A DNA stretch of 64,000 bases from positions 19-64,018 of the forward strand of contig JBGVOQ010000005.1 in NCBI GenBank assembly GCA_045126575.1, read 5' to 3'. Position 1 is the stretch's first letter, and each line of letters begins with the position of its first letter. Of this stretch, positions 1-11,027 are shown piece after piece. The translations under genes were made by a program, and so were the position numbers. This DNA comes from Candidatus Onthoplasma sp. (GTDB lineage: Bacteria > Bacillota > Clostridia > Christensenellales > UBA1242). The notes under the pieces were generated by a model. That model saw nothing but the letters and a program-made list of their open reading frames with translations, was not told where the DNA came from and made no database searches.

Positions 1-475
1 TAGACGTTGCCAAGAAGTATTGAAGTTTACGATGTTCATTTAACTTATCAATAAATGCTTTACCTAGTAGTTTGTATCTATTTAGTAAAATTTTATTTAA
101 CATTTCAAAATTTAATGTATTTGCTTGACTTAAAGCCATAGCAGTTTTGGTAGCCCAGTCAACTGGGGTTTGAATTCCACCATCACTAAAATCGCATAGC
201 AAATTCATATTTTCAGGTGACACCACAATGCGTTTTACAATATTAATTTTTTCAAAAATGGTGCGTGGCAACTCCTTAACCGCATTTGCGTTAAGATAAT
301 AAAATTCGTAATACTTATCCTTTTCGCCAAATATACATTCAGGGCGCTTACTACGCTTTAAAATAACTCTGTCACCGTAAATTCCACGGCCACGTTTATA
401 CTCTACAATCTCATAAAAATTATTAATCAAAAAATCTAGTTCCGCCCAATTTTGGACATTAACTTTAGTTTCCAT
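1..475 (-). CDS. hypothetical protein; C-terminus cut by window edge (158 codons visible)
   Basis: Not in the supplied track because it runs off the edge. My hand translation from ATG 475..473 gives METKVNVQNWAELDFLINNFYEIVEYKRGRGIYGDRVILKRSKRPE... and stays open to position 1. GGAGG at 485..481 lies 5 nt upstream. It begins 13 nt after the stop of the HicB-like gene. No family recognised. Confidence 0.5.
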   Translation of the reverse strand, partial: METKVNVQNWAELDFLINNFYEIVEYKRGRGIYGDRVILKRSKRPECIFGEKDKYYEFYYLNANAVKELPRTIFEKINIVKRIVVSPENMNLLCDFSDGGIQTPVDWATKTAMALSQANTLNFEMLNKILLNRYKLLGKAFIDKLNEHRKLQYFLATS

Positions 476-487
476 AAAGTCCTCCTT

Positions 488-745
488 TTAAGCCAAAGCG
501 TCAACTAATATAACAATATTCTCCTTGTTTTCCTTCCAAACTTTGATAAATGGAGATGGTGCATCAATTTCACAATCCAACTTAACAGCACATTCAAACA
601 ATGCGGTCAAATGGTCGCGTGCATTAACAAACGCATCTTCCACTGTCCTACCTTCGGTTACAATACCAAGGTCGTGGATTGCAATAGTAAAAGCATTGCT
701 TTCCTTATCTTTATATAATACTGCTGGATAAACTAATTCTTTCAT
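488..745 (-). CDS. HicB-like (UPF0150) antitoxin-family protein
   Basis: 85-aa ORF. The N-terminus, MKELVYPAVLYKDKESNAFTIAIHDLGIVTEGRTVEDAFVNARDHLTALFE, has the typical HicB N-terminal-domain pattern (YPA.. / F.D.PG..T.G.T.EEA..NA.EAL). No DNA-binding C-terminal domain. Confidence 0.55.
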   Translation of the reverse strand: MKELVYPAVLYKDKESNAFTIAIHDLGIVTEGRTVEDAFVNARDHLTALFECAVKLDCEIDAPSPFIKVWKENKENIVILVDALA

Positions 746-942
746 AACTTAAAACCTCTTTAGATAATTACTCAATTTATTCTAACACACTAACAAAAAA
801 AAGTCCAACAAAATTTAAACACATTTCCAAATTTGTGTAAAAATTGTTAGACTTTAAAACTTTTTACTTTTGCGCACAATACTCTTGTACGAATACTGCA
901 TTATCCCAATAGTCATTGAATTGTATTACTGCAAAATAAAAA

Positions 943-1095
943 TTAAACAGTCATACCTAAATCTTTATTAGCTTCAATTTTTTTGGTTTTTACTAAAGCT
1001 CCAGCCTTAGCAAAAATATCACTTGTTATAAGACGTTGAGTTTTGTGAACCTTTCCGTTCTCATCTATCTTCCAAGTATCGTATGACTTTTCCAT
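943..1095 (-). CDS. small hypothetical protein (50 aa)
   Basis: The track ORF is 943..1164. I place the start at the internal ATG 1095 (MEKSYDTWKIDENGKVH...) because GGAGG at 1108..1104 sits 8 nt upstream. No homology recognised. Confidence 0.3.
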   Translation of the reverse strand: MEKSYDTWKIDENGKVHKTQRLITSDIFAKAGALVKTKKIEANKDLGMTV

Positions 1096-1297
1096 AATCC
1101 ATACCTCCTTTAATATACTCATACTATAGCACATATTTTTACATTTGTAAATAGTTTTTGGCAAAATTTTTTAAAAATTATTAAAAAATTAAAATTCGCC
1201 TAAAATACTATTTTATAGTATATTATCATAATTTACGTTATAATTAATTATATCGATTTTTTTGATTATTTCATATTACTTATGTAACTGTAAAATT

Positions 1298-1334
1298 AAT
1301 ATAAAATAAGAGCAACGTAATTGTTACTCTTATT
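1298..1334 (-). terminator. Rho-independent terminator downstream of rpoC
   Basis: 12-bp stem (one mismatch), AATAAGAGCAAC / GTTACTCTTATT, at 1305..1334. On the minus strand it is followed by a T-rich tract. It lies 8 nt after the rpoC stop. Confidence 0.6.
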
Positions 1335-1341
1335 CAGTATA

Positions 1342-4300
1342 CTAATCCATTAATTCAACATCAGCAAATGCAATGTCCATATTGTTATCGATATTGTATT
1401 TATTTGCTTGTTCAACTTCTCTTGGAAGAGTGTTGCGGTATTGCGCACAACCAGTACCTGCAGGAATAAGTTTACCGATAATAACGTTTTCCTTAAGTCC
1501 TAGCAAGTGGTCTACCTTACCCTTTAATGATGCCTTAGTTAAAGCACTACTTGTTTCTTGGAATGAAGAAGCAGATAGGAAGCTTTCAGTAGTTAGAGAT
1601 GCACGAGTAATACCTTGAAGTTCACGCTTAGCAGTAGCAGGAACACCACCTTCAGCAAGAACACGGTCATTTTCTTCTTCATACACACTAATACTTACGC
1701 TGTCGCCTGGCAATAGTTTTGTATCACCTGGGTCTTCAATCTTAACCTTACGCAACATTTGACGGATAATAATTTCCAAGTGTTTAGCGTTGATATCAAC
1801 CGATTGAGATTTATAAACGCCAAGAACTTCGTTTAACAAATATTCTTGAACCGCCTTAACACCACGAGTTCTTAAAATATCTCTTGGGTTAATTGGACCT
1901 TCGGTTAAAGTTGTACCTGGTTGAACCATATCACCTGGCTTAACCTTTAAGGTTACACCGTATGGCAACATATATGATTCTTCAGTATCACCCTTAACCA
2001 CAACTTCGTAACGCTTGTCAACGTTGTTGATTTCAACCTTACCTGCAATTTCACTAACAAATGCAGCACCCTTAGGATTACGAGCTTCAAAGATTTCTTC
2101 AACACGAGGCAAACCTTGAGTAATATCGGCAGTAGCAGCACCACCTGAGTGGAATGTACGCATTGTCAATTGTGTACCTGGTTCACCAATTGATTGAGCA
2201 GCGATAACACCAACTGCTTCACCAACATCTACAAGTTCGTTCTTGCTCATGTTACGTCCATAACACTTAGCGCAAACGCCTTGTTTAGACTTACATGTTA
2301 GCAATGTACGAATATTAACTGATTTGATACCAGCGTCAATAATTTCACTAGCCATTTCAGCAGTAATATATTCATTTGCTGGGCAAATTTCTTGTTTTGT
2401 TTTAGGATTTATAATAGCACCAACGCTATAACGTCCTATAATACGATTTTCAAGGGTTTCAATTAAAGTACCATCTTTTACGATTTCAGTAACTTCCATA
2501 CCCTTTACGCTTTCATCTAAGGCTTCGAAACAGTCAACTTCGGTAATAATTGTATCTTGAGATACGTCTACCAATCTACGTGTTAAGTAACCTGAGTCAG
2601 CTGTTTTCATGGCTGTATCCATCAATTGCTTACGTGAACCACGAGATGCACTAAAGTATTCGATAGGTGTTAAACCACGTCTAAAGCTTGACTTAACTGG
2701 GATTTCGGAACGCACACCAGATGCAACCGCTGTAATACCTTGCATACCAGACAATTGCTTAATTTGGTCGTTGTTACCACGGGCCTTTGAGTCAGCCATC
2801 ATCTTTAATGGGTTGAATTTATCCAACGCACCAACGACAGCGTTCATAACTTTACCAGTAGCTTCGTTCCAAATCTTAATATTACGTTCACGCTTATCGT
2901 TTTCGCTCATAAATCCTTGTAAATACAAGTCATTGTTTTGAGCTACTTGAGCGTCCGCTTCCTTAAGAATTTCGGCTTTCTTGTCACTTTCCTTCATATC
3001 AAATAATGATAATGAAATACTTGCAAGTGTAGAATGTTTGAAACCAAGGTTCTTGATATCATCAATCATGGTAACAGTTACGTTAGTACCATGTTTACGA
3101 TATGCCAAATCGATTAGTTTTCCATATTCCTTTTTGCCAACTTCTTTTTCAATTTCATAACGGAAAATATTTTCCTTCTTAGTTCTATCAACATAACCGA
3201 GGTCTTGAGGAATACATCTGTTAAAGTAAATTCTACCCAAAGATGTTTCGGTACGACCTTCGCACATTTCGCCATTAAACTCTACTTGACGGCGAACTTG
3301 GATTTTTGCTTGAAGTGACAACACGCCATTAACGTGAGCCATTTCAGCTTCGTCTTCGCTGTTAAATACCATACCTTCACCCTTAGCACCTTCACGGATA
3401 AGTGTGATATAGTAGTTACCTAAAATCATATCTTGTGATGGAACCATCGCAGGACTACCATCACTTGGTTTTAATACGTTGTTTGATGCAAGTAATAGAT
3501 TTCTTGCTTCAGTTCTTGCCTCTACGCTTAGAGGAACGTGGATTGACATTTGGTCACCGTCGAAGTCCGCATTAAAGCCACCGCAGGCCAAAGGTGGAAG
3601 ACGAATTGCTTTACCTTCGATTAGCAATGGTTCAAACGCTTGCACTGACAATTTGTGTAGTGTAGGCGCACGGTTAAGTAGTACTGGGTGTCCTTGAACA
3701 ACTTCAGATAGGATATCCCAAACTACAGGACGTTCTTGGTCAATCATACGTGTAGCTTTTTTAAGGTTATTAGTTTGATTCATTTCAAGCAAACGCTTGA
3801 TGATAAATGGACGGAACAACTCCAAAGCCATCATCTTAGGTAAGCCCATTTGATAAATCTTAAGTTCAGGTCCAACCACGATAACTGAACGGCCAGAATA
3901 GTCAACACGTTTACCTAATAAGTTTTGACGGAAACGTCCATGTTTACCCTTTAAGCTTGCAGTCAATGACTTCAAATCTCTTGCACGAGAGCCTTGAACA
4001 GCACGACCACGTTTACCGTTATCGAACAATGCGTCAACTGCTTCTTGAAGCATACGCTTTTCGTTACGAACGATAATTTCAGGAGCGCCTAAATCAATCA
4101 ATTTCTTCAAACGATTGTTACGGTTGATAACACGACGATATAAATCGTTTAAGTCGCTGGCAGCAAACTTACCACCATCAATTTGAACAAGTGGACGGAT
4201 ATCAGGTGGAATAACTGGAATAACGTCCATAATCATCCACTCTGGCTTATTTCCACTCTTGATAAAGTCTTCAATAACTTCCAACTTCTTGGTAGCCTTT

Positions 4301-4914
4301 AACTTCTTTTGACCTTTAGACTTTGCCATAATTTGTTGCAATTCATTCTTTTCTTTTTCAAGGTCAATATTGTGTAATAATTCTTTAATAGCCTCAGCAC
4401 CCATGCCTACACGGAAACCATTTACGCCGTATTTTTCAACAGCTTCACGATATTCACGGTCACGGATAACTTGCTTGTACTCAAAGTCAGTATTTTTAGG
4501 GTCAAGAACTACGTAACTTACATAATACAAAACTTCGTCCAATAGTTTTGGAGAGATGTCAAGGGCTAGCACCATTGGGCTAGGAACACCTTTAAAGAAC
4601 CAAATATGTGATACTGGGCATGCTAAGTCAATATGTCCCATGCGTTCACGGCGAACCTTAGAACGAGTAACTTCAACACCACACTTATCACAAATTACGC
4701 CCTTATAACGAACTCTTTTGTATCTACCACAGCTACATTCCCAGTCCTTTTTAGGTCCAAAAATACGCTCGCAGAACAAACCGTCTTTTTCAGGCTTTTG
4801 AGTACGATAATTTATTGTTTCAGGCTTAGTTACTTCACCTCTAGACCATTCTCTAATCTTTTCAGGTGAAGCAATACTAATCCTAATTGAGTCAAAATTG
4901 TTTAATTCAAACAT
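1342..4914 (-). CDS. rpoC: DNA-directed RNA polymerase subunit beta'
   Basis: 1190-aa ORF with a zinc-finger region ([15 protein letters not shown]) and the catalytic NADFDGDQM motif. Beta' is collinear throughout. It lies 20 nt downstream of rpoB. Confidence 0.97.
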   Translation of the reverse strand: MFELNNFDSIRISIASPEKIREWSRGEVTKPETINYRTQKPEKDGLFCERIFGPKKDWECSCGRYKRVRYKGVICDKCGVEVTRSKVRRERMGHIDLACPVSHIWFFKGVPSPMVLALDISPKLLDEVLYYVSYVVLDPKNTDFEYKQVIRDREYREAVEKYGVNGFRVGMGAEAIKELLHNIDLEKEKNELQQIMAKSKGQKKLKATKKLEVIEDFIKSGNKPEWMIMDVIPVIPPDIRPLVQIDGGKFAASDLNDLYRRVINRNNRLKKLIDLGAPEIIVRNEKRMLQEAVDALFDNGKRGRAVQGSRARDLKSLTASLKGKHGRFRQNLLGKRVDYSGRSVIVVGPELKIYQMGLPKMMALELFRPFIIKRLLEMNQTNNLKKATRMIDQERPVVWDILSEVVQGHPVLLNRAPTLHKLSVQAFEPLLIEGKAIRLPPLACGGFNADFDGDQMSIHVPLSVEARTEARNLLLASNNVLKPSDGSPAMVPSQDMILGNYYITLIREGAKGEGMVFNSEDEAEMAHVNGVLSLQAKIQVRRQVEFNGEMCEGRTETSLGRIYFNRCIPQDLGYVDRTKKENIFRYEIEKEVGKKEYGKLIDLAYRKHGTNVTVTMIDDIKNLGFKHSTLASISLSLFDMKESDKKAEILKEADAQVAQNNDLYLQGFMSENDKRERNIKIWNEATGKVMNAVVGALDKFNPLKMMADSKARGNNDQIKQLSGMQGITAVASGVRSEIPVKSSFRRGLTPIEYFSASRGSRKQLMDTAMKTADSGYLTRRLVDVSQDTIITEVDCFEALDESVKGMEVTEIVKDGTLIETLENRIIGRYSVGAIINPKTKQEICPANEYITAEMASEIIDAGIKSVNIRTLLTCKSKQGVCAKCYGRNMSKNELVDVGEAVGVIAAQSIGEPGTQLTMRTFHSGGAATADITQGLPRVEEIFEARNPKGAAFVSEIAGKVEINNVDKRYEVVVKGDTEESYMLPYGVTLKVKPGDMVQPGTTLTEGPINPRDILRTRGVKAVQEYLLNEVLGVYKSQSVDINAKHLEIIIRQMLRKVKIEDPGDTKLLPGDSVSISVYEEENDRVLAEGGVPATAKRELQGITRASLTTESFLSASSFQETSSALTKASLKGKVDHLLGLKENVIIGKLIPAGTGCAQYRNTLPREVEQANKYNIDNNMDIAFADVELMD

Positions 4915-4934
4915 TATATTTCTCCTATATTTTT

Positions 4935-7900
4935 TTAGTCATCTAAATCGTCAAATAATGCCGATTCATCAAAAGCCTGTTCAGACACTTCAGATTCATA
5001 ATTTTCTTGAATTTGGTCAAATTCAAGTGTAATATCTTCAAGTCCTACCTTATTTACAGGTTGAACAGCATCAAATTCTACTTCTTGGTCAGAAACTTCG
5101 TTGATTGACAACTCGTGTTGGTCAGCGGTTAAAATCTTAACGTCTAAGCCCAAACCTTGCATTTCCTTAACAAGCACTTTAAATGCTTCAGGCATACCAG
5201 GTTCTGGAATAGGCTCACCCTTAACGATTGCTTCATAAGTTTTAATACGTCCTTCAACGTCATCTGACTTAATTGTTAACATTTCTTGCAACAATCTACT
5301 TGCACCGTATGCTTCCAATGCCCACACTTCCATTTCACCAAAACGTTGTCCACCAAGTTGTGATTTACCGCTTAGAGGTTGTTGTGTAATCAAAGCATAT
5401 GTTCCAATACTACGTGCGTGGATTTTATCATCAACCATGTGGTTAAGTTTTAACATATACATCACGCCCACGTTAGTTTTGTTTTCAAATGGAAGACCTG
5501 TACGGCCATCATATAATTGCATATAGCCATCTTCTGGCAAGTTGTTTTGACGAAGAAGTTCTTGAATTTCCTCTTCTGTTGCACTATCGAAACTTGGAGT
5601 TGCAACCTTCCAGCCTAGATGCTTAGCAGCAAGACCTAGATGCATTTCCAATAATTGTCCCAAGTTCATACGAGATGGAATACCCATTGGGTTAAGCACG
5701 ATATCAACAGTTTCACCATTAGCCATAAATGGCATATCACTTTCTGGAAGAACAATTGATACAACACCCTTGTTACCATAACGACCTGCAAGTTTGTCAC
5801 CAGGTTGAAGTTTACGCTTTTGAGCGATGTAAATCTTAACCATCATATTTACGCCAGCGTCAAGTTCATCTTTATTCTTACGAGATAAGATTTCAACGCC
5901 AACTACCACACCTGCTTCGCCATGTTTAACCTTTAATGAAGTATTTTTAACTTCCTTAGTCTTTTCACCGAAGATTGACTTCAACAATCTTTCTTCTGGA
6001 GTTAAATCAGTTTCACCCTTAGGAGTTACCTTACCTACAAGGATATCACCAACTTTAACTTCGGTACCGATACGCACAATACCGTTTTCGTCCAAGTTCT
6101 TTAACGCTTCTTCACCTACACCTGCGATATCACGAGTAATTTCTTCATCACCAAGTTTAGTTGTACGAGCTTCAGTTTTAACTTGTTGGATAGATATTGA
6201 AGTAAATGCATCTTCACGAACCACTCTTTCGTTAACCAAAATAGCGTCTTCGAAGTTGTAACCTTCCCAGTTCATGAATGCTACTGTCATATTTTTACCA
6301 AGAGCAGCTTCACCATTTTGAGTAGAAGCGCCATCGGCAAGAACATCACCAAATTTAACTCTTTCGTTAGTATTAACGATTGGTTTTTGATTGAAGCAAG
6401 TTTTGTCGTTACTTCTTTCAAATTTTCTTAAATAATGATTAACTGTACGTCCATCATCATATTCTACTGTAATATAGTCACCACTTACGTAAGTTACCAC
6501 ACCGTCAGCGTCAGCAGTAATCATAGCACCACTGTCTTTTGCCAACTTATGTTCGATACCTGTACCTACAACTGGTGAATCAGCCTTGATTAGTGGAACT
6601 GCTTGACATTGCATGTTTGTACCCATCAACGCACGGTTTGCGGCACAGTGTTCGATAAATGGAATAAGGCCTGCTGTTTCAGAAATTAACTGACTTGGAG
6701 ATAGGTCCACATAAGTAATCATATCACGGCTAACTGACATAACTGTACCATTGTGACGGCAAACCACGTTTTCAGCAATGATTCTGCCATTTTCATCAAG
6801 TGGTTCCTTGGCTGTTGCGATATATTCATTAATATCCTCATCAGCCATCATAAATACGATTTCATCAGTAACCTTACCTGTACTATCTACCTTGCGGAAA
6901 GGAGATTCAAGGAAACCATATTCATTAATACGTGCGTAGCCTGCGATACTTGTCATCAAACCAATTGGTTGACCTTCTGGAGTATTAACCACACAGATAC
7001 GGCCATAGTGTGAGTGGTTAATATCACGAACTTCGGCACTAGCACGTTCCTTTTTAACACCGCCAGGTCCAAATGAACTTAAACGGCGCTTGTTTCTTAA
7101 ACTTGAAATTGGGTTAACTTGGTCCATCAAAGCTGAAAGTTGAGATGTGCTCATAAATTCCTTAAATGCCTTGTTGATATATCTAGCATTAACAACTTGA
7201 GCAGGTGTAATATCTGTTAAATCTCTACTTTGAAGTGTTTCACGCACTTGTGCTTGAAGTTTTGTCATACCCTTTCTAAATTCTTGGGTTAACAATTCAC
7301 CACAGCCAGCCACACGGCGGTTAGCCAAGTGGTCACGTTCGTCCAAATATCCGATACCATCAATTAAGTTTAAGTGATAGCTTACGGTAGCAATCATATC
7401 GTCAAGAGTAATTTCGTAGTTTTCCAACGCACGAGCATTTTGACGGATTGCTTCAAGGATATCTTCCTCTGTTTTGTTTTCCTTTAAAATTTCTTGCAAT
7501 AATGGATAGTAAACTAAACCATTGATTCCAAAATCCTTTGGATTGCAATTTACATAGCAAGTTAGGTCTACACGCTTGTTACCTACAACACGGATAACCT
7601 TATCATTATATATAATGTCTACGCTATTGATACCAGCATTTTGAATTTTATCAGCGATATCACGAGTGATAACTTCACCCTTAGCCACTACAACCTTGCG
7701 GCCAACCTTGATATCCTCAGCACTGATATGCTCTACGATACGGTTAGCAAGGCCTAACTTCTTATTAGTCTTATAACGACCAACCTTACCCATACTATAA
7801 TGTTGATGGTTAAAGAAACGGTCATTAATATATGACATAGTGTTAGATGGGCTAGGAATTTCGCCTGGACGTGTACGACGGCTAAATTCGATAAGCGCAT

Positions 7901-8609
7901 CCTCTTGAGTAATTTGAGTTTCCTTATTCAAGGTGTTAACCATAAATGGATGGTTGCCAAAAATATCCAACAATTGTTCGTTGGTGTAACCAAAACATTT
8001 AAGTAGTACGCCTAGTGACATCTTATACTTACGCTCAACAGTTACACGCAAACTATCGCCAGTAACTTGTTCAGTGGTCACCCACATACCATGAGATGGA
8101 GCAATAGAACCAGTATAATCCATTTTGCCATACTTGTTCATTTCACCATCAAACACAATACCCGGTGATTTGATTAATTGGTTAAGAATAACCCTTTCAA
8201 CGCCGTTGCAAAGGAATCCACCATCTTCTGACATATAAGGGATATCGCCTAGGAACACTTCTTGTTCCATAACTTGTCCAGTTTCCTTAACAAGCAAGCG
8301 AACTTTTACCTTTAATGCAACAGTATAACTTGATTGACGGCGTTTGCATTCCGCCCATGAGTATTTAGGTGTAAAGTCGATAGAATAATCCAAAAAAGAC
8401 AACTCAGCTTTGTTTGAGTAGTCTACAATAGGATTAAACTCGTTCAACACTTCCCAAATACCTTCTTTTAAAAATGATTGAAAAGATGTTTTTTGAACAT
8501 CTAACAAATAAGACATTTCATAAGGAACGTGTGTTTTCCCAAATGTTTGTCTTTTGGCTTTGTTGCCATAGTTTACCATCTTGATGTTGAGTGTGTTAGA
8601 ATTCATCAT
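4935..8609 (-). CDS. rpoB: DNA-directed RNA polymerase subunit beta
   Basis: 1224-aa ORF with RpoB signatures (SSFGPGG.., [24 protein letters not shown]) and an acidic C-terminal tail. The exact start is uncertain: ATG 8609, ATG 8606, or MVNYGN at 8579. AAGGAG lies immediately upstream of 8609. Confidence 0.96.
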   Translation of the reverse strand: MMNSNTLNIKMVNYGNKAKRQTFGKTHVPYEMSYLLDVQKTSFQSFLKEGIWEVLNEFNPIVDYSNKAELSFLDYSIDFTPKYSWAECKRRQSSYTVALKVKVRLLVKETGQVMEQEVFLGDIPYMSEDGGFLCNGVERVILNQLIKSPGIVFDGEMNKYGKMDYTGSIAPSHGMWVTTEQVTGDSLRVTVERKYKMSLGVLLKCFGYTNEQLLDIFGNHPFMVNTLNKETQITQEDALIEFSRRTRPGEIPSPSNTMSYINDRFFNHQHYSMGKVGRYKTNKKLGLANRIVEHISAEDIKVGRKVVVAKGEVITRDIADKIQNAGINSVDIIYNDKVIRVVGNKRVDLTCYVNCNPKDFGINGLVYYPLLQEILKENKTEEDILEAIRQNARALENYEITLDDMIATVSYHLNLIDGIGYLDERDHLANRRVAGCGELLTQEFRKGMTKLQAQVRETLQSRDLTDITPAQVVNARYINKAFKEFMSTSQLSALMDQVNPISSLRNKRRLSSFGPGGVKKERASAEVRDINHSHYGRICVVNTPEGQPIGLMTSIAGYARINEYGFLESPFRKVDSTGKVTDEIVFMMADEDINEYIATAKEPLDENGRIIAENVVCRHNGTVMSVSRDMITYVDLSPSQLISETAGLIPFIEHCAANRALMGTNMQCQAVPLIKADSPVVGTGIEHKLAKDSGAMITADADGVVTYVSGDYITVEYDDGRTVNHYLRKFERSNDKTCFNQKPIVNTNERVKFGDVLADGASTQNGEAALGKNMTVAFMNWEGYNFEDAILVNERVVREDAFTSISIQQVKTEARTTKLGDEEITRDIAGVGEEALKNLDENGIVRIGTEVKVGDILVGKVTPKGETDLTPEERLLKSIFGEKTKEVKNTSLKVKHGEAGVVVGVEILSRKNKDELDAGVNMMVKIYIAQKRKLQPGDKLAGRYGNKGVVSIVLPESDMPFMANGETVDIVLNPMGIPSRMNLGQLLEMHLGLAAKHLGWKVATPSFDSATEEEIQELLRQNNLPEDGYMQLYDGRTGLPFENKTNVGVMYMLKLNHMVDDKIHARSIGTYALITQQPLSGKSQLGGQRFGEMEVWALEAYGASRLLQEMLTIKSDDVEGRIKTYEAIVKGEPIPEPGMPEAFKVLVKEMQGLGLDVKILTADQHELSINEVSDQEVEFDAVQPVNKVGLEDITLEFDQIQENYESEVSEQAFDESALFDDLDD

Positions 8610-8717
8610 AACTCCTTAAATTTTATTATTCAGTTGCCATTTATCCCTAAAACTTATAGTTTTAAGCACTCAAAAGTGCACCAACCTCCATTTTGAGATA
8701 ATTATTCACGCTACTCA

Positions 8718-8746
8718 ATCATATCACAATTTGCTAGATGTGTCAA
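8718..8746 (-). promoter_or_regulatory. sigma-A type promoter for rpoBC
   Basis: Minus strand: TTGACA (8746..8741), 17-nt spacer, TATGAT (8723..8718). It lies about 110 nt upstream of the rpoB start. Confidence 0.5.
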
Positions 8747-9001
8747 GAGATTTTTTAAAAAAGTTTAGGAATTTATCACTTTTTGTTGTATATATATTAA
8801 TCGTATACAATATGGTTTACCATATATAGATATATAGTAAGCTTCTCGTATATACACATATATAGTTACCCACCGAACACTTATAGTAATAACCCTATAT
8901 TTTTATTTTAATGTCAAGCGACCAATCAATTCAGTTGAGTACCACAAATGTCATTTTTATCACAAAAGCTCTTTCAAAAATAATTAACCTAATAGATTTT
9001 G

Positions 9002-9030
9002 TTGCACTAAGTGTAAGTATGTGCTATAAT
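9002..9030 (+). promoter_or_regulatory. sigma-A promoter with extended -10 for ndk
   Basis: TTGCAC (9002..9007), 17-nt spacer ending in TGc, TATAAT (9025..9030). A GGAGA ribosome-binding site precedes ATG 9054. Confidence 0.55.
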
Positions 9031-9053
9031 GAATATGTTGATAGGAGAAATTT

Positions 9054-9473
9054 ATGGAAAAAACTTATATTATGGTAAAGCCTCACTTTGCTAACTTCCC
9101 TAAGGTTATTGACCTTGTTAAAAAGGAAGCGGTTAGTGCAGGTATGCAAATTGTGGATGAAAAATTTATTAAATACTCAGTAGCAGATGCTCAAAAGCAC
9201 TATGCTGAACACTTCCGCGGAAGTTATGAAAACGCTAAAGGATTTTACAAGGAACTAGAAAACTATATCACATCTGACAAGGCTTATGGTATGGTTATGG
9301 TAGGCAAAGATGCTATTGCCACAATGCGTGCTATCATCAAACGTTTAAGATTGGAAGTACCTGCAATGTTAGGTGAAGAACCACGTATGACCGAAAACGT
9401 GCTTCACGGTAGTGATTGCGTTGAGTCTGCAAACAATGAAATTGCAATCTTTAATAGTTTAAAAGCATTATAA
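9054..9473 (+). CDS. ndk: nucleoside-diphosphate kinase (divergent)
   Basis: 139 aa with an NDK-like layout: TYIMVKPH.., HYAEH.., and an active-site-like NVLHGSDCVESANNEIAIF (canonical N.IHGSDS.ESA.REI..WF). Confidence 0.75.
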   Translation: MEKTYIMVKPHFANFPKVIDLVKKEAVSAGMQIVDEKFIKYSVADAQKHYAEHFRGSYENAKGFYKELENYITSDKAYGMVMVGKDAIATMRAIIKRLRLEVPAMLGEEPRMTENVLHGSDCVESANNEIAIFNSLKAL

Positions 9474-9480
9474 GCAAAAC

Positions 9481-9516
9481 AAAAAATAGGACATTGGGTA
9501 ATGCCCTATTTTTTTA
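9481..9516. terminator. bidirectional terminator between ndk and the Cys-rich small gene
   Basis: A-run, 10-bp stem (ATAGGACATT / AATGCCCTAT, one mismatch, loop GGGT), then a T-run. It lies between two convergent genes. Confidence 0.7.
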
Positions 9517-9530
9517 TGTACTATCAACTA

Positions 9531-9740
9531 TTAGCAGCAGCTATCCTTGTGTCCGCCGCAACCGCAACCGCACAAAATTAATAAAATCAATATGATGAAG
9601 CAAGGGTCAGCATTGCAACCGCAATTGCAAAGGATTAATAGCAACACAATTATCCAGCAGCAGTCAAATCCGCTACCGCCATTGCATTTGTCGTAATCGT
9701 CACGTCCACAGCCACAACCGCCAAACATTTTGTTAAACAT
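9531..9740 (-). CDS. small Cys/Gly-rich hydrophobic protein (YjcZ / tiny-TM-like, duplicated)
   Basis: 69 aa with 14 Cys by my count. CGCG-type clusters alternate with two 9-residue hydrophobic cores (WIIVLLLIL, FIILILLIL). AAGGAGAA RBS upstream of ATG 9740. Confidence 0.5.
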   Translation of the reverse strand: MFNKMFGGCGCGRDDYDKCNGGSGFDCCWIIVLLLILCNCGCNADPCFIILILLILCGCGCGGHKDSCC

Positions 9741-10000
9741 AAAAATTCTCCTTTTGTTTATAAATTGTGTTTAAAATTTCTTTTTGCGCAAAAATAATTT
9801 TAATATAAGGAATTAGTTTGAAAACATGTTTTTTAAATATCGTTTTTCGCGTAGTGTTATATGTAATTTATCTTTTGTACTTTTCTAATTCCTTTGTATA
9901 CTCCATAGTATGTAAAAACAAAAAAAATGTTCATCCCGTCAAATTAAAATGAAAAAAACTTCCTAATTAGTCAATCAATTTTGAAACTAGTGTAATAATT

Positions 10001-10032
10001 AAGAGTTGAGATAAAAATCTTAACTCTTTTTT
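10001..10032 (+). terminator. orphan strong hairpin plus T-run (plus strand)
   Basis: AAGAGTTGAGAT-aaaa-ATCTTAACTCTT forms a 12-bp stem including one G-U, followed by TTTTTT. No annotated plus-strand gene lies upstream. Confidence 0.45.
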
Positions 10033-10225
10033 AACGGCTACTTTATGCCGTGAAAGGTACTTGATAAGAGAAGAAATGAAAACACAATATAAAAAGGCAG
10101 AGAAAGGACAAACAAAATGCGTAAGCACAAATATCGTTTCTCTGTCTTAACCAGCAAAAAAGAAAAAACATTTCAGAGACTCTTGTCAAGTACACCATGG
10201 AATAAATTAGCCGACATATAGACAG

Positions 10226-10270
10226 CAAAAAGCGAAAGCGTGTTACGTTCACAAACACTTTCGCTTTTTG
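10226..10270. terminator. bidirectional hairpin terminator
   Basis: CAAAAAGCGAAAG..(bulged GTGT/ACAC extension)..CTTTCGCTTTTTG. The A-run and T-run are built into the arms. It lies 5 nt after the stop of a possible 34-codon plus-strand ORF (10117..10221), and also downstream of the minus-strand gene 10395..10871. Confidence 0.5.
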
Positions 10271-10292
10271 TCTGCTTTGATTTAGTTTATAA

Positions 10293-10348
10293 ACGTGTGC
10301 TTGTCTGGTGGAGCGAAGCGACACCACTTGTATATGACAAGCACACGT
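10293..10348. other. long imperfect palindrome / stem-loop
   Basis: The 13-bp outer stem ACGTGTGCTTGTC / GACAAGCACACGT encloses an inner TGGTG/CACCA stem. No flanking T-run. It lies 46 nt downstream of the stop of the 158-aa minus-strand gene. Confidence 0.5.
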
Positions 10349-10394
10349 CTAAGTGCCAAATCAAAGTTGATATTATTTTTCACTTAAATAAAAA

Positions 10395-10871
10395 TTATGG
10401 CAATTCTCTTTCCAAAGACTCTTCTATATATTTCTCTTGTTCTTCAACTGTTCTATATTGTCCATTAGAAAGTCTTACATTGCCAGATATATTACTATTG
10501 CTTAAATTATTTTTATATTCGATTTTTCTTTCAGCAACAAATTCATCATAGCTGTGATAAAGTTTTTGACTTTCAACTTTAAATGGAGATTGACCATTTC
10601 CAAAGATATTGTTATATGTTTCTTCAAAAACTATGTATCTTTCACCGTCTGCTTTAATTCTTGTGTATGCATTTCTTAATGCCATAGCATCATCTCGTGA
10701 AAGGAAAAGACAAGGGAACACATATTGTTTATAATTAAAATGACTTAGCATTAAATAATCCATAGACGAAATTTCGCCTTCATAAAGAACTTCTTTATAA
10801 ACACCATAAACCATTGTGTTTTTTCTTATTTTATCATTATTTTTGTGTTTGAAATAATCTAATAAACTCAT
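10395..10871 (-). CDS. hypothetical protein (158 aa)
   Basis: ORF with an AAGGAG RBS 6 nt upstream of ATG 10871. No recognisable motif. Confidence 0.55.
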   Translation of the reverse strand: MSLLDYFKHKNNDKIRKNTMVYGVYKEVLYEGEISSMDYLMLSHFNYKQYVFPCLFLSRDDAMALRNAYTRIKADGERYIVFEETYNNIFGNGQSPFKVESQKLYHSYDEFVAERKIEYKNNLSNSNISGNVRLSNGQYRTVEEQEKYIEESLERELP

Positions 10872-10944
10872 ACAAAACTCCTTAAAAGTATAGAAAGTAT
10901 AGCATATTTAAAAAAATATTACAATACCCTATTTGAAAATCATA

Positions 10945-10977
10945 TAAAAAAAGGTAAACCTAATAAGATTTACCTTA
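10945..10977 (-). terminator. Rho-independent terminator after the 182-aa gene
   Basis: Minus strand: AAGGTAAA-loop-TTTACCTT, followed by TTTTTT. Confidence 0.6.
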
Positions 10978-11027
10978 ATTCTATTTCACTAGTTTCAAAA
11001 GTTGCAGGTCTTAACGGAAGTTTTTTA

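Noticed and set aside
943-1164. The small ORF upstream of the HicB-like gene as the missing HicA toxin
   Set aside because: The translation (MEKSYDTWKIDENGKVHKTQRLITSDIFAKAG...) lacks the HicA dsRBD-like pattern (..G...vr..GSH......). A 197-nt gap with a possible hairpin also separates the two genes.
10043-10551. Track ORFs 10043..10327 (-) and 10240..10551 (+) in the structured spacer
   Set aside because: They have no RBS, low-complexity hydrophobic or Cys/Phe-rich translations typical of AT-rich noise, and they run straight through the hairpin/terminator structures and into the convergent 158-aa gene.
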